DNA from: Camelus ferus
Taxonomy: Eukaryota
Assembly (NCBI RefSeq): GCF_009834535.1
Contig: NC_045696.1
Location: forward strand, 113,648,001-113,712,000
Direction: 5' to 3'
Length of the DNA stretch: 64,000 nt
Shown here: piece after piece, positions 50,409 to 64,000 of the stretch
How the letters are laid out: each line of letters begins with the position of its first letter
How positions within the stretch are numbered: position 1 is the stretch's first letter
Notes under the pieces: generated by a model
What the model was told of the DNA's origin: nothing
Databases searched by the model: none
The model's input: the letters and a program-made list of their open reading frames with translations, nothing else
Made by a program: the position numbers and the translations under genes

Positions 50409-51709
50409 AGATCCGGGAGTTTTTAAGTTTTTTCTGTCCCCCCCCCCAGCCCCTCACCACCACTGGCTGTGTGCACTTCTACAAGATAGGCTGTGGGTCT
50501 GTTTCCCCCCCTGGGAAATGGGCATCACAGTCTCCACCTGGGGTGGGGAGGGAGGAGGCTGCCCGTGACGGTTAAGAGCACAGCCCCTGGAAGCTGGATC
50601 CCTGGATTCAAATCCCAGCTCAGCCACTTGCCGGCCATGTGACCTCAGTCGTCTTCTCTGAGGTGACAAGAGGGGATGCCAGTGCTTAGGGGGACCAACC
50701 GTGTGGATCAGACGAGTTAACAACGTAAGGCTTGCGACCGGGACCTGACGCAGAGCAAGCCCGCAGTAAACGTTCGGCAGCGTCCTTGTCGCCTCACAGC
50801 TGTCTTAAGGCTCCAGATGTTCCATGTGTGTAAAAGCCCTTTTGCAGGCCACACAATCCGATTGTTAGCTATTATTATGTGACCGAAGCTGCATCTAAAG
50901 TGGATTTTTTGGTCACTTGTGCAGCTGGCTGAGTTCTGGTGGAGCTCAATCAATTGCCAAGGGCCCAAGCTCTAAATCTGACAGATCACGACCAGGTGGA
51001 GGTCTGTTCATGACTCATGAGGACAAGAGGAAGGCCAGCTTTCTCAAGAAACATCCCCAGTGGCCCAAACAGCTTTTTTCACATCCACTTCTGGCTTTCC
51101 CCTCCTTTGAAGACAGCACTCGTAGCCTCCTTTGCATAACTGAATCTTCACAAGTTGACAGACCTACAGAGGAAGGCAGCTAAAAGGGAACCGCTCGAAG
51201 GAGGCTGCTCAGGAAAGCGGCCGTGAGAGTTTCAGAGGCCGAGGGCGTTTGCGGATTAGAAACTGACGCTGAACGTTTGAAAATGTAAAAGGACGCTCAG
51301 GTGCTTGTTTTGGGGGGTTTTTGTTTTTTTAGATCATCTGAACATTTACATTAATAGAAAAGGGGAAAAAAAACAGCAGTAAGGTTTTTTCCTGGGTCCC
51401 ACGCCTTTCTATAGATCTTGAAAAAATAATCCCTGGATTAGAATTTTTCGTTAAATTGCTAGAGGTTTCTCTTTCCCCATCAGGGGACTACAAACCAAAA
51501 ACTTGGTAACAAGAAGGAGAATTTCTTAGGGCAGAAATAAAAATGTTAGACTCAGAGACTGCATCCTATTAAGCAAACATATATGGGGAGATTTAATAAG
51601 TGAGGACGTCTTAAAGATTGATTCTACCGTATTTGGTAGACATTAGAGGAATTTAAGTTTGCTTTTTGTTTTTTTTATTTCTTAAAAGCTATAAAGCTAT
51701 TCGTTTTTT

Positions 51710-52627
51710 TAACACCTTTATTGTGGTATGGTTCCTGTACAATAAACTACACATATTTCACAATCTGATGAATTTTGATAGATGTAGACACCCATGAAAC
51801 CACCACCACAATCAAGATAGGTAACATTTCCATCACTCCCCAAGAGATGCAAATTTTGAGCTCCCAATTTATCCCTTCCCACTCCCTTCACCCATCGGTA
51901 ACCGTAAGTTCATTCTCTACGTCTCTGGGTCTGTTTCTGTTTTGTAGATGAGTTCATGGTGTCCTTTTTAATCTCTTTTTTCTTTTTAGATTCCACATAT
52001 AAGTAATATCATATGGTATTTTTCTTTCTCTCTCTGACTTACTTCAATTAGAATGACAATCCCCAGGTCCATCCATGTTGCTGCAAATGGCATTTTATTC
52101 ATTTTTCTGGCTAAGTAGCATTCCATTGTATAAATATACCACAGCTTCTTTATCTAGTCATGTGTCAATGGACATTTAGGTTGTTTCCATGTCTGGGCTA
52201 TTGTAAATAGTGCTGCTGTGAACAGTGGGGTGCATGTGCCTTTTTGAATATATTTTTAGAGGAATTTACATTTGAATTTGAATTCTAAATTCTTTGAAGA
52301 ATAGCAACATTTATTTTATTTTTTTTTATTGAACTATAGTTGATTACAATGTTATGTTAGTTTCTGGCATATAGCAAAATGATTCAGTTATACATCTATA
52401 TGTCTTCATTTTTAGATTCTTTTCCATTGTAGTTTATTACAAGATATTGAACATACTTCCCTGTGTTACACACTAGGGCCTTGTTGTTTATCTGTTTCAT
52501 ATATAGTAGTGTATATATGTTAATCCCAAACTCCTAATTTATCCCTCTCTGCACCATTCCTCTTTGGTAACCATAAGTTTGTTTTCTATGTCTTCGAGTC
52601 TGTTTCTGTTTGTAAATGAATTCATTT
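51710..52627 (-). mobile_element. Three adjacent L1 3' fragments (~51710-51845, ~51848-52250, ~52312-52627)
   Basis: Recurrent L1 3' UTR motifs, as in the other copies. Confidence 0.8.
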
Positions 52628-53693
52628 AACATTTATTTTAAAAACAAAACCTGCTTGACTGTTTTATCTGAGTTGAGGGCGGACAGGCATCCCCTCCCCT
52701 TCCCCTTCCTGCAGGCATGGCACCCCCAGTGCTCCTGAGACCCACCCGACTCCCTCTGGGGGCCCCCTCGCCACAAGCAAAAGGGGCCACCGGCGGGGGG
52801 GGGGGGTATCGGACTGGACCAGCAGCTCAGAGAACACTCCGGAGGAAACTCATATGAAGGGCTTCCCCTGCCATTTGCCCGTTGCTCACCCTGAAACGTC
52901 AGCTCACAGTGTGGTTTGTGAATCCCTGCAGGGCCATGAATAACTGGAGAGAACTGCCTCAAAGGAGAACAGCATTTAAACAGGATACTTCATAGGACTG
53001 GTCCCAGAACCCAAGGGAAAAGGAAAAAAAATCTAGTTCTTCAGAGAGGGCCCCCCCCACGGGTGGAAGGGAGTTTATGGCCTTGGCCTGCTGCCTTAGG
53101 TTCACCCTTCATTTCTTCTCTTTACTCAGCCTCTGCACAAAATCTCCATACCCCCACTCTCTTCAGGAAGGAAACCCCAGAGCTGGTGTGGCCCCAACCT
53201 GTGCAAACCCAGGACGGGTAGCCCCCACCCAGCTGTCCTTTCCCACAGCCTGGGTTACTGTCTGGAACACTCCAGAGAGCCGTCCGGTAGCCCGCATTGC
53301 ACTCAGGTCCTCTCTGCCAGTGAGGTCAAGTCATGTCTCTTACATTTGCTAGCAAGTTACTCAGCGTCTCTGTGCCCAGGTTCTTCGTCTGTAAACAGGG
53401 ACAAGTTTTACCTCCTTCTCCTTTCCTGATTTCATTGCATGGCTCAGCCGGGAACAAGACGGACGGCGTCATAAAAATGTAAGTGTTAAATGTTGACTCA
53501 ACCAAAACTTGTGATGTAACTCTTTTGGGGAGACGAGAGAGGGAGGGGCTGAGGGTAAGTGGTGGTGGAGGCAGGGCGAGCTGTGAGCAGCCTTATTCTT
53601 CATTTCCTGCAAAAGGAAGGCAACAGGTGATGCCGAAAATAGAAAAATCAAGAAATAACAGTATCAAGACATGATGAGACATATAAATAGAAA

Positions 53694-54528
53694 CACCTCA
53701 CACTAGTCAGAATGGTTGTCATTCAGAAGTCCACAAATGACAAATGCTGGAGAGGGTAGGGGGAAAAGGGAACCCTTCTACACTGTTGGTGGGAATGCAG
53801 TTTGCTGCAAGCATTATGGAAACAGTATGGAGATTCCTCAAAAGACTAAAAATAGACTTATATACGATCCAGCAATCCCACTCCTGGGTATATATCTGGA
53901 AGAAACTCTAATTTGAAAAGACACCTGCACCCCAATGTTCAAAGCAGCACTATATACAACAGCCAAGACATGGAAACAGCCTAAATGTCCATCAGCAGAT
54001 GACTGGATAAAGAAGCTGTGGTCTATTTATACAATGGAATACTACTCAGCCATAAAAGATAATAAAATAATGCCATTTGCAGCAATATGGATAGACCTAG
54101 AGATTATCATATTAAGTGGAGTGAGCCAGAAAGAGAAAGAAAAATACCATATGATATCACTTACATGCTGAATCTAAAAAAAAAAAAAAAAAAAAAAAAG
54201 GCAAACAAACTTACTTACAAAGCAGAAACAGGCTCACAGACATAGAGAACAAACTTTTGGTTACCAGGGGGGAAAGGGGATGGGAGGGATAAATTGGGAT
54301 TTTGAGATTTGTAGATACTAACTAATATATATACACCAGATAAACAAGTTTATACTGTATAGCACAGGGAACTATATTCAATATCTTGTAATAACCTATG
54401 GTGAAAAAGAATATGAAAACCAATATATATGTGTTCCTATATGACTGAAATATGGTGCTGTACACCAGAAATTGACACAACATTGTAAACTGACTATACT
54501 TCAATAAAAATACATATTTTAAAAAAAG
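53694..54528 (+). mobile_element. 5'-truncated L1 with A tail
   Basis: [22 protein letters not shown] and WIDLEIIILS remnants, then 3' UTR and tail. Confidence 0.92.
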
Positions 54529-57500
54529 ACAAAACTCCAGGAGAAATAGCTAGAAGATTTGAAAGTGGCTGCTTCTGGAGAGTGTCCTTAGAAACAGGGA
54601 GAGTCTGGTAGGAACTGCTAATTTCATGGCTGGTTTTGTAGGGCTATTTAACTCTTAAAACCAAACAAATCTGTGCTTTTGAAAACAACAAACAGACATT
54701 AAAAACAAAGCCGTCTCTCCCTCTCAGAGGTCACCTTCTCACCAAACAAAACCTTGAAGTGACCTCTTGCTTACATCACATTCATGGACAGGCTGTGTAT
54801 TTCCATCTCTATCTGAAGTTACCTAGGAGTAAATTCCATTTCTCTCTAAAGTGATTTGGGGGTGAAGGGATAATGGGCTTGGCCACTCTGTTGAGGGCAT
54901 CTTCATCATAACATCTTCCTGGGAGTAGGACACAGTGACCAATGATTTGTCACCAGTTGTCTTTAACCAGCTGGTCTCCATTATGTTCTGAAGAACAGTG
55001 ATGTTGCTTATAACACAACCTAAGTGTGGAGTCAGCACAATATCAGAAGCTTCCTGACCAGGAAGGTGAAGACCGCTGTCCTCGCCTGGAGTGTTCCTGA
55101 GGGAACACTGATTCTGGAAGGGTTCCTGCCACAGCGATGGGGAGGCTAGGCCAGCTGCCTCTCAATTCCGTCCAGGTCTGAGATGTTCCAGAAACAGGTC
55201 TTAGACTTTTGTTGGTTACACTGCTGCATTCACAATCCTTTTATCCACAGTATGAAAATTCACTAAGGTTCAGCGCCGGCTCCCCACCCACTGGGAGCCC
55301 CTACCCAGCATATATTTCTTTTATGCTCTGTCATTATTACTGCCTGTTTTAAAAAACGAGGAGCAGTGGGGGAGGAGTACCGACGTCTCCCTGAAAACCA
55401 GCAATAAATCTGCCTGGTTTGGCATGAGTGTGATTTGTGTAAATCTACTGATGTTCTTGAGAACCCCTTTCCACAGGAAATGGCCCAGCTCTGAACTCAT
55501 GAAGGAGGCATGGAGAGTCAAAGACAAGTTTCTGAGTAAGTTCAGCATGTCTGAGCCATTCTTAGGACTTTTGAAATATGTGATTCAGCTATCCCAATGA
55601 AAAGACAGATTAATCGCAGGGTGTGGAGCCAAGAGTCAGACCTTGGTTCCAAGCCCAGCTCTGCTGTACCAGCTGTGCAACCTCAGGCAAGTTACTTCAT
55701 CCCTGTGGACATTGGCTTCCTCGTCTCTATAATGGGCACACCACCTGGAGCAGGTAGGGTGCTTTCAGTGTAACAGAAAAATCCAACCACACAGACTTCA
55801 ACCATAAGAAGGTTAATGGGCTCAGCCACCGGGAGTCAGTAGATGGTGAGCGCTTCGGGGATGCCCTCAAGGACCCAGGTTCTTTCTGACTCTCTGCTGC
55901 TGTCCACAGTGCTGACTTCATTCCAGTGGGGTTCTCCTTGGCTCCCAGGATGACAGCCAGCGCAATCAAGGCTCCCGGTTTTCTTGTTCACATCTTGCTG
56001 AAGATAGGAACCAGCTTTTCCAATGGCTTTCTCTCTGAAGGAAAACAGAAATTTCAGAAGCTCCCAGCAATCTTCCCCTGAATCTCATGGAGCCAGACTG
56101 GTCATAAGCCCATTTCTGAACCAATCACCACCAAGTGGGTGAGATCACTCTGATTCACTTAGATTCTTCAGGATCCCCCCGCTGGATCTGGCATCCTCTT
56201 CCCCAACACTCTGGCTGCCACACAAGGGGGAGGACAGGGAAGTCCCGATGCCTGGACCACCTCTCTTTCATGCACAAGGTCACAGGGATGGGTGGACAAG
56301 AGGACACAGAGTGTCCTGGTCTCCAGGTGAGCAACCAAAGTCACTTCCCTTCCAGTTAGAGTTCAGCCTCCAAAGAGAATTTAAGTACTTTTCTGGGGAG
56401 GATTCAACAAACTGCATCATTTGTATGGGAAGGTTCACCAGGCTGAGCTATTAGAAAGCCGTCCAGGCCACCTCAGTCACTGAGATGTGTCTTCCCAGAA
56501 GCACCCTGTAGGTCCTGCTGGGAGCACAGCGGGGGTCCAGGCTGAACTGCCCCACCCAGAGTCTGTGCGGAGCTGCAGTGCCAGCAGCAGGGGGCACCCT
56601 TGGGGCCCATTGTGAGGCCTCTGTGGCAGGCGCACAAGTGATTGATGGCTGACTCGACTCCTTTCTAAGCCCCCCAGCAGGGTGGCCACTGCCGCAGCTC
56701 TGCTCCATGAGATGCAGAAGGAGGTGGCTGCCAGCCTGCTGAGAAAATCTGTGCGTTTGTGATGGAGACGCTGCCCCCCACTACCCTCCTGCTGACTGCG
56801 GATGCGGTGGCCACAGCGGATGCAACAGCTCTCCACCACCCAGGCGTACCCGCAGTATAGTAGTGACACCAGACCTGATGCCAACAGATGCCCACCAGGT
56901 TCAAGCCCTACTTGGGTTAAGCCATCATGGTGGCCCTGGAAACCCACCCCACACTCTCCCGCTGCAGGAGCATCACGGAAGGCTCTGCTGCCTCTTCTCT
57001 GGGGCCATCACTGGTGAGCCTCACTCCCACCAGCAGTGCTGGGTCACGGACTCCCCATCACCCTGACTGGGACTGGCTGGGACCTGCACTGCAGTCTGAG
57101 GCTTCCTACAGGAAAGGTTGAACCAAAGGAGGTGGAAAAGTGTTTCCCCTTGAAACAACCAAAGAGGGGTGAAGTGGGGTGTCTGTGGAGGTGGCATAAG
57201 GCAACAGGGGACAAAGACCCTGGGGAGTTCTCTGCACCCTGGTCAGGAGGCTGTGCCTTCACGCACGTGAGGTTCAGGTGTGATCAGCCAGGCACCTCTC
57301 TCCTAGAATCAGCTGTCCCAGGTAGAGATCAAGCACCCAGTGCCCAGGGAAGGGAGATTGCAGCCTCTCTGAGTGCCTGATTTAACCCAGGGACAGGGGG
57401 AATCCTCTTTAAAATCCACAGAGTGCCTTGGAAGAAAGAAAGGCAACTCCTATCTGAGTAGTAACTGTTGTTCATTCTGTCTCAGGCATTATATGTAAAG

Positions 57501-58321
57501 AACATTAGCAACCAGGAGCATTATGAGTTTCTCAAAAGCCTAGAAATTCAATCAACTTCCCCCAGCTAGAGTAACGGGCCCTCCCACTTGATATGCAAAT
57601 TATAACGAGAGTTTTCATTACACCGAAGCGGGAATTTACAAGCTGCCAATGCGAATCTAAGAACGTCAAGTGAGAAGCAATTTGAACACACATGCACCCT
57701 TAAAGCTACTTCCAATGTCTTCCGGAAATAGAAACACCTATAAAATCTCAGTCTAAGATCACAGAAACTCTTTTAAAGCCCTACCTGGGATACTGGAAGC
57801 TTCCACCTCTTCTGGATACAGCAATTATGTAACTTCCTCCATCATAAATCACAATGAACAGAGCTGAGCAGGTGAATCACAGGCTTTTTACAATAATGAC
57901 AAGACATAAATTACCATAAAGACTTCCAGTCCCCAGATTCCACAGGGCTGTAATCTGGAAGAACGTGTTGAGCTCTTTTCCCACCTGTTATCCACAGAAC
58001 TGGTGTGCCCAGAACAGGGATTCAGATGGAGAAAACGCTACTGATTTTCCAGGAGAAGCTGGAAATCCTAACTCTTTTAAAGAGTAAAATCTCCTGATTT
58101 TCAAGGTTGGCAACGATTGAAGATTCTCTGTAAGAACAGAGTGGGTTCCACAAGGCTGGGCTGAGTCTCCTGTCTGTGTTCTGGTTCTCAGAACCCGGGA
58201 CCTATCAACACGTCCACACCCGCCCTGGCGCCTCCAACAGGGCTTCTGGGTGGGAGGTCATCACATCACCCCACAGGTTCCGGTTTCACTGGTTCCCTCG
58301 GGCTCAGGCTTCCCCCTTTAT

Positions 58322-59480
58322 ATTCCTTTGCTTGGGCTGCCCTGACAAAGTACCACATGCCCTGTGGCTTAAACAACAGAAATGCATCTTCCCAGAGTTT
58401 TGGAAGCTGGAAGTCCATGAGGTTTTTCTCCTTGGCTAACAGACAGCCACCCTCCTGCTGCCTCTTCATGTGGTCAACCCTCTGTGCAGGGACAACCCAC
58501 TGTCACTGTGTGTCCTCACCCTCTTCTTATAAGGACACCATTTAGATTAGATTAGGGCCCACCTGAGTGGCCTCACCTTAATTAATTCACGATGATCATG
58601 ATGATGATGAGTTACATTTATCTCTCCCCCTGGACTAGGAAATTTAATTGAAATATAGCTGATTTACAATATTATATTAGTTTCAGGTGTATAACATAGT
58701 GGTTCAATATTTTTATAGATTGTACTCCCTTTAAAGTTATTACAGAATAATGGCTATATTTCCCTGTGTGTACAATATATCTTTGTAGCTTATTTATTTT
58801 ATACATAGTAGTTTGTATCTCTTAATCCTCTACCCCTATCTTGCCCCTCCCCTCACTGGCAACCACTAGTTTGTTCTCTATATCTGTGAGTCTGTTTCTT
58901 TTTTGTTGTAGTCACTAGTTTGTTTTATTTTTTGGATTCCACATGTAAGCAATATCATACAGTATTTGTCTTTCTCTGTCTGGCCTATTTCACTAAGCAT
59001 GGACCCTCCAGCTACATCCATGTTATTGCAAACAGCAGAATTTCATTCTTTTCGTAGCTGAGTAATATTCCAGTGTGTGTGTGTATCTCACATCTTCTTT
59101 ATCCAGTCATCTCTTAATGGACTCCTAGCCTGCTTCCGTATCTTGGCTATTGTAAACAATGCAGCTGTGAACATTGAGGTGCACATATGTTTCCAAAACA
59201 GTGTTTCTGTTTTCTTTGATATATACCCAGGAGTGGGATTGCTGGATCACATGGTAGCTCTGTTTTTAGTTTTTTGAGAACCTCCATACTGTTCTCCACA
59301 GTGGCTGCACCAATTTACACTCCCAACAATGCACAAGAATTCCCTTTTCTCCACATTCTCACACCAACATTTGTTATTTGTAAACTTTCTGATGGTAGCC
59401 ATTCTGACGTATTCTGGGGTACTGGGGGTCAGGACTTGAATGTATGAATTTCAAGGGGGACATAATTCAGTCCATGATAC
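58322..59480 (-). mobile_element. MLT1-type LTR split by an L1 3' fragment (~58643-59408)
   Basis: gggctgcc..acaaagtaccac..ggcttaaacaacagaaatg..aaggacacc; resumes after the L1 as ttctggggtactggggg..ggggacataattcagtcc. Confidence 0.75.
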
Positions 59481-59758
59481 TCCTATCTCATTTAGCCGTG
59501 CCTTATTCCTCCCCAAAGCCGAGGGGAGTGGGAACATGGTCACACGGTACTGCTGAATTTCCAGAGAAGAATGTGTCCAGAAGACCTAAGACCAGATCAT
59601 TCCCTCACTAAACTTGAACCACTGAACAGATTTCCTCAGAACTGTCTCGAAACCCTCACATAAATCCACAGCTTCTTCCACTTCCACCTCATCCACCTTC
59701 TCTGCAGGTCTGGGATTTACAAATAGAAGTCATGAGGCTCCACTTTCATAACACCCTC

Positions 59759-60180
59759 TGTGGTAGGTTCCTCCAAAGACGGCCACCAGTAATCCCACCA
59801 TTTCTGAATGAGCCCATCACTTCTCCCACCAAGAGATGTGTCCTACTTGCCCTCCTCTTGAACGTGAGTTGACTCTGGTGACTTGCTTTGCCCAATAGAA
59901 TGCAGTGGGGGTGATGCCCTGACAATTTATCACTTAAGAGACCCGCCAGCTTCCACTTTTGCCCTCTTAGAACCCTGAGGCCACCATGCTGTGCCGAAGC
60001 TCAAGTGAGCCACATGGAGAACAAAGATGCCCCCACCAGCAGCTCCAGCCTCGCCAGCAGTGGATTTTGGTCACACAGGTGACCCCAGGTGAGAGCACAG
60101 GTTAGTGAGAAATAATAAAGCATCGATGATTCTAGCCATTAAGTTTTGAGGGTGGTTCTTTACGCGGCAATACTGAAACA
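59759..60180 (+). mobile_element. MaLR LTR (MLT1F/G-like)
   Basis: tgtggtagg..aaagacggcc..tgacttgctttgcccaatagaatg..aagttttgagggtggt..tgaaaca. Confidence 0.6.
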
Positions 60181-62430
60181 TCCCTTCCCGGTGACAACCC
60201 TCCCCTGTTCTTTCTATTATTTTACCCATATTTCAATCACTGTGCTCAGTTCAAGGTCAGGGAATGAAATGATTTCCTTCATATAGAAGAGAGGGGAACT
60301 GAACTGCAGAGTAAAAGCTGCATGTGAGATTTCTCATAGTCATGTCTTCTCTTGCTCTCCAAGCCTTTGTTCTTCAGATACATGGTGTAATGTGTAGATA
60401 TTATTTATATAAGAGGGTTATTTCTCATATAGATGATGCAAGCTATATAGACGAACACCAGGGCATTTTTGTTGAGACCAGATGCACTATGTACTGCTGT
60501 CTTGGTCCAACTGCGAGAATAAGACCATCATTGGTGCAGAGATGCTTGGAAGAAAGGGCGTCACTAGAAGTACCACCCTTGCTCTTCGAAGTTTCACATT
60601 TATGATGTAATCAGCTGGTCTTTGCTGCACCACACTGCGGCTGGGAGGTGTTTTGTTTTTTTTTAGGGTGAAAACCAAGGCACAGGGAGACTGAATAACT
60701 TACTCAAAGGCAGAACGTTGGCAGACCTCAAACAAGGCTGTTAGGGTCTTGGTGTCAATTTTGAGTCAGGCCTTAGTGGTGTCAGCACAGTGTGATGGGA
60801 AGGGGTGTGAGGGGCTGGGCTGGGGGGCCCTGCTCTGAGGGCAAGGCCTTGTCTTGTCCATCCTCATAGCTTCTGCACCACCTTGGTCTCAGTGTCTGTT
60901 AAATCCCATTGACTTTCACTCTGCATGAAACACTCCTTTGGATGGAGAGACCTGGGTTCATGCTCTGGTCCTACCCTCCGGCTGTGTGATGCTCATCAAA
61001 TCAGCAAACGGAGCCTCTGTGTCCTCATCTTCCCAGTGAGACTCTCGTCACTCTTCCTACAGTGACCACTACTCCTGCTTCAAAGGATTGTGCCAAGATG
61101 AAATTTAGAAAAGGAATGTGAAAACCTTATAAACTGACAAGCCACAAAATGATGCTACTGTTATGGGATGCCCTGTTTCTTGTCTTGCATTCTCCTTATC
61201 TTTTCAGGACAGAATGTGCCTGACTTAAGGCAGAGGAGAGGCTTTTTTAGGAAGTGAGGAGATTGGGTTTTTAGTTTCATTTCTACCAGTTATTGCTCTT
61301 GGGCCTTGGGGAAAAAATATCTCTTAATTTTCCTATGTCTCATGTTCCCCAGGGGTCACAATCTTAGCATTCTATGGTTTTCCACAACACTATTAGTTCT
61401 GAAAGTTTTACAGAATGCTGCCAGGCATTAAGGAACAGCTGGTCAGTCACCTGTGGCTGAGATGCAGATGGCCATGGAAATGGACAAAATTGCTAAAATT
61501 ATCTTCAAGAAACCATAGTCACTGCGATATACCAGACTTTTATGTAAGTATAAAAAAATTAGAAGCTCTGTGAATGAAAGTATATTAAAGTACACCATTA
61601 GAGTTATATTGATATTTTTAAAAATTAATTCACAACTTATCAGATCCAAGCACTCCTTTCCCAGTGGAACAAGTAGGGCTTAGTTTATTAAATATGGTGG
61701 TTTGGTTTTCCCCAAAGAAAATGAAATGGGATTCAGTTTTTTTTTTTTTTAACGTGGTAACTGTTTAAGTAGAAAATTATCTATTTTAAAATGTTATATT
61801 TGAGTGCCTGTAGACTCAAATTGGATTCTTCCTCAAACTAAAACTTCAGAATTGTTGCTGATATGAGACAGTATCTTAATTCAGCTCTTTGTCTACTGGG
61901 CCCTCTCTCTTGGGAAAGAAAATGCATTCCTCTGAGAATATAAAGCTTGCTATGACCCTGCTGAGTTATGAATAATTTGTGCCATCCTGAAACAGCACTC
62001 AATTTAAAAATACCATTTTAAAGACATCATTTGTTGTTTGACTACCATTTCCTATTTCAGACAAAAATTGGAAAACCGAAATAGCAAGGTCTGTTCTTCT
62101 GGGACTTATATCTTCATTTGCTTCATGTCTCCTTCCAATCTGAAAATGCTGTATGTTGCATATTAGTGGCATAAAATGGAAGTGAGCTACCAACATTCTG
62201 TGTGATAACTTTGCGGGGAGGAAGAGAAAATAAATGACATCATTTGAAACTTTAAGAAGCAACCAGCGTTTGCACTGAGCATTGCTATTGTCAGGTGCTG
62301 ACCACGAATCATTATTTCCGGTCCTCTCAGTCTTCAGTGACTTCTCAGTTCTCAGTCCTCCCGAATGGAGTGGTCAAGGGCTCATCGAGCCAATGAAATA
62401 CAGAGGTAAAAACAGAGTCAGTATAGGGCA

Positions 62431-64000
62431 GGACTTCTAGAATGGTGGAGTAAGGGCTCAACAGAATCCTTCCAGCAAAACAACAATTTAACTGAGAGAA
62501 ATTATAAAAAAAGCAATCATTAGAGTCTCTGGAAATTGTTCAAAGGGCATATAGCAAATGGAGACAACGTCATTCAAGAAAATCTATTAAACCTTAGAAA
62601 GAACAGTGATGGTCTATAGCATTGGAGCCACACCCAGCTCCCTTACCTGCACCTGCAGCTCTGTAGGAGGGAAGTGCTCCCCAGGGCCCTCTGCTGTGGG
62701 CCAAGAATGGCCCCAGCTCCCAGTCTGAGGCTTTGGTTTCACCTTGGAGGGGCAGGCTCTTGCCCCCCACTCCCATGCTGCAGAAGGTCTCTTCTGTACA
62801 GTACAGCCAAGAGCACCAGTCTCCCTTTCCCCACCTGCCCCACCTGCTCCTGCAGTAGAAATTATACCCAAATGAGAATACTGGGGTCCTTGTCACCCCT
62901 CACCCCAGCCCAGCTGGTGGGCAAATAAGAGTGGAGGGTCCATGCTGCAAAAGATGAGCCCAGAAGACCAGCTGCCACAGCCCCGACCCCCCACATAGAC
63001 TTGTAAAGAGGGGGCGCTGATCACTTTGGGAGAAGTGGGTCACTGACCCCAGCGCTGTGCGGTGGTGCAGGGGTTCAGCTAAGGGGTGGAGGGAGCGGGG
63101 AAGGCAGGCCTAAGAACAAAGAGCTCGGAGCTCTACTGAGAGGGCTGCCTTTATTTGGAGCAGAGTGAAGAACTCCATGCCTAAGAGTGTTGTCAGCAAC
63201 AATGGAGGGCTGGGAGGGAATTAAGAGGCTGGCAACTCTGAGACAAGAAAAGCGGCAGAGCAGCCAGAAGTTTAACAGAAGCAGAAAGGCTACGAAGGAC
63301 GCCCTCCTGGGATCACAATGGACTCTGCGCGTGTGCTCTAAGCCCTGGGGCGTGGCGTGCCGGGGCGGGGGGCGTGGGGGGGCGTGGGGTGTTGTGTGGG
63401 GGCGTGGCGTGCCGGGGGCGGGGCGTGTTGGGGTGGGGGCGTGGCGTGGGGTGGAGCGTGGCAGGGGTCGGGGGCAGAGCTGGGCGGGGCAGCAATCAGA
63501 GAAGGCTCTGGTGCTGAGCTGAAAGCATCCCTCACTCCAACAGACCCGGCAACACAGGCAGGCCCCACTGACTCAATGCCTTAAACACAACCTCTGACCA
63601 AACTGACTGAAAACTAAGCCACTCTGACACAGGGCAACTTCTGGGGAGTTAGGCGTAAAAACATTAGCACAGTCGCCCCTGGCAGGCTGTTAAAGAGTGT
63701 GTGCTGTCCGAGGTTGTGCCCTCCTCCCCAGGGAGCGGTCAGAGGACTCCAAGATAACCCCCTGAACTGTGACAGCGACCTCCCCGCCACACACATGTAC
63801 CGCTGTACGGGGTAAAGGCCTGACGGGCTCTGGGGGCCCCAGCACCACTTTGACCAATAACTGGCTTCTGCACCCCAGAAGCGCTTCCTAGGTGGCCAGG
63901 CCAAAAATGGTGGCAGAAGACTGAGCAGGGACCTTGGAGGCTGACACTGCCTGGAGCTAGACTTTGCAGGATTGTTACACCAGGTAGTGGACCTAGCAGA
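62431..64000 (+). mobile_element. Old L1M (L1MC-like) 5' region, running off the window end
   Basis: ggacttctagaatggtggagtaagg...tctctggaaattg...gcaaatggaga...attcaagaaaatct resembles ancient L1M 5' ends. Confidence 0.55.
63346..63490 (+). repeat. G-rich low-complexity tandem tract, (GGGGCGT)-like units
   Basis: More than ten runs of three or more G; GGGGCGTGGCGT occurs three times. Confidence 0.85.

Noticed and set aside
17418..54171. ORFs with [11 protein letters not shown] / AKTWKQ motifs (17418, 25566-26449, 38341, 53716-54171) as genes
   Set aside because: Frameshifted fragments of L1 ORF2 in truncated elements; no intact L1 is present.
1..64000. CRISPR arrays, operons, rRNA or other prokaryotic systems
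   Set aside because: The sequence is mammalian, and no regularly spaced repeat-spacer array or rRNA-like segment was seen.

Overview
Mammalian, repeat-rich, mostly non-coding DNA. It is probably camelid, inferred from three tRNA-derived vic-1-type SINEs. Most of the sequence is L1, MIR/L2, MaLR/ERV LTR and hAT/Tigger remnants; almost all ORF-track entries are spurious. One credible protein-coding sequence is present: an intact, intronless, CpG-rich RNF11-like RING-H2 gene (24432-24854, minus strand). It has a TATA box and four same-orientation DUX-like motifs directly upstream. The gene, its promoter, an upstream 5'-truncated L1 and a downstream LTR poly(A) signal with a degraded A-tail form a ~2.7 kb block that splits one MER33 element in two. 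This looks like an L1 3' transduction that moved a whole gene with its promoter. Other structure: a ~0.66 kb inverted duplication (45.8-49.0 kb) carrying a second small transduction with a perfect 16-bp TSD, a tandem duplication, hairpin-type repeats and a G-rich tract. Repeat family names come from remembered consensus sequences, and repeat boundaries are approximate.
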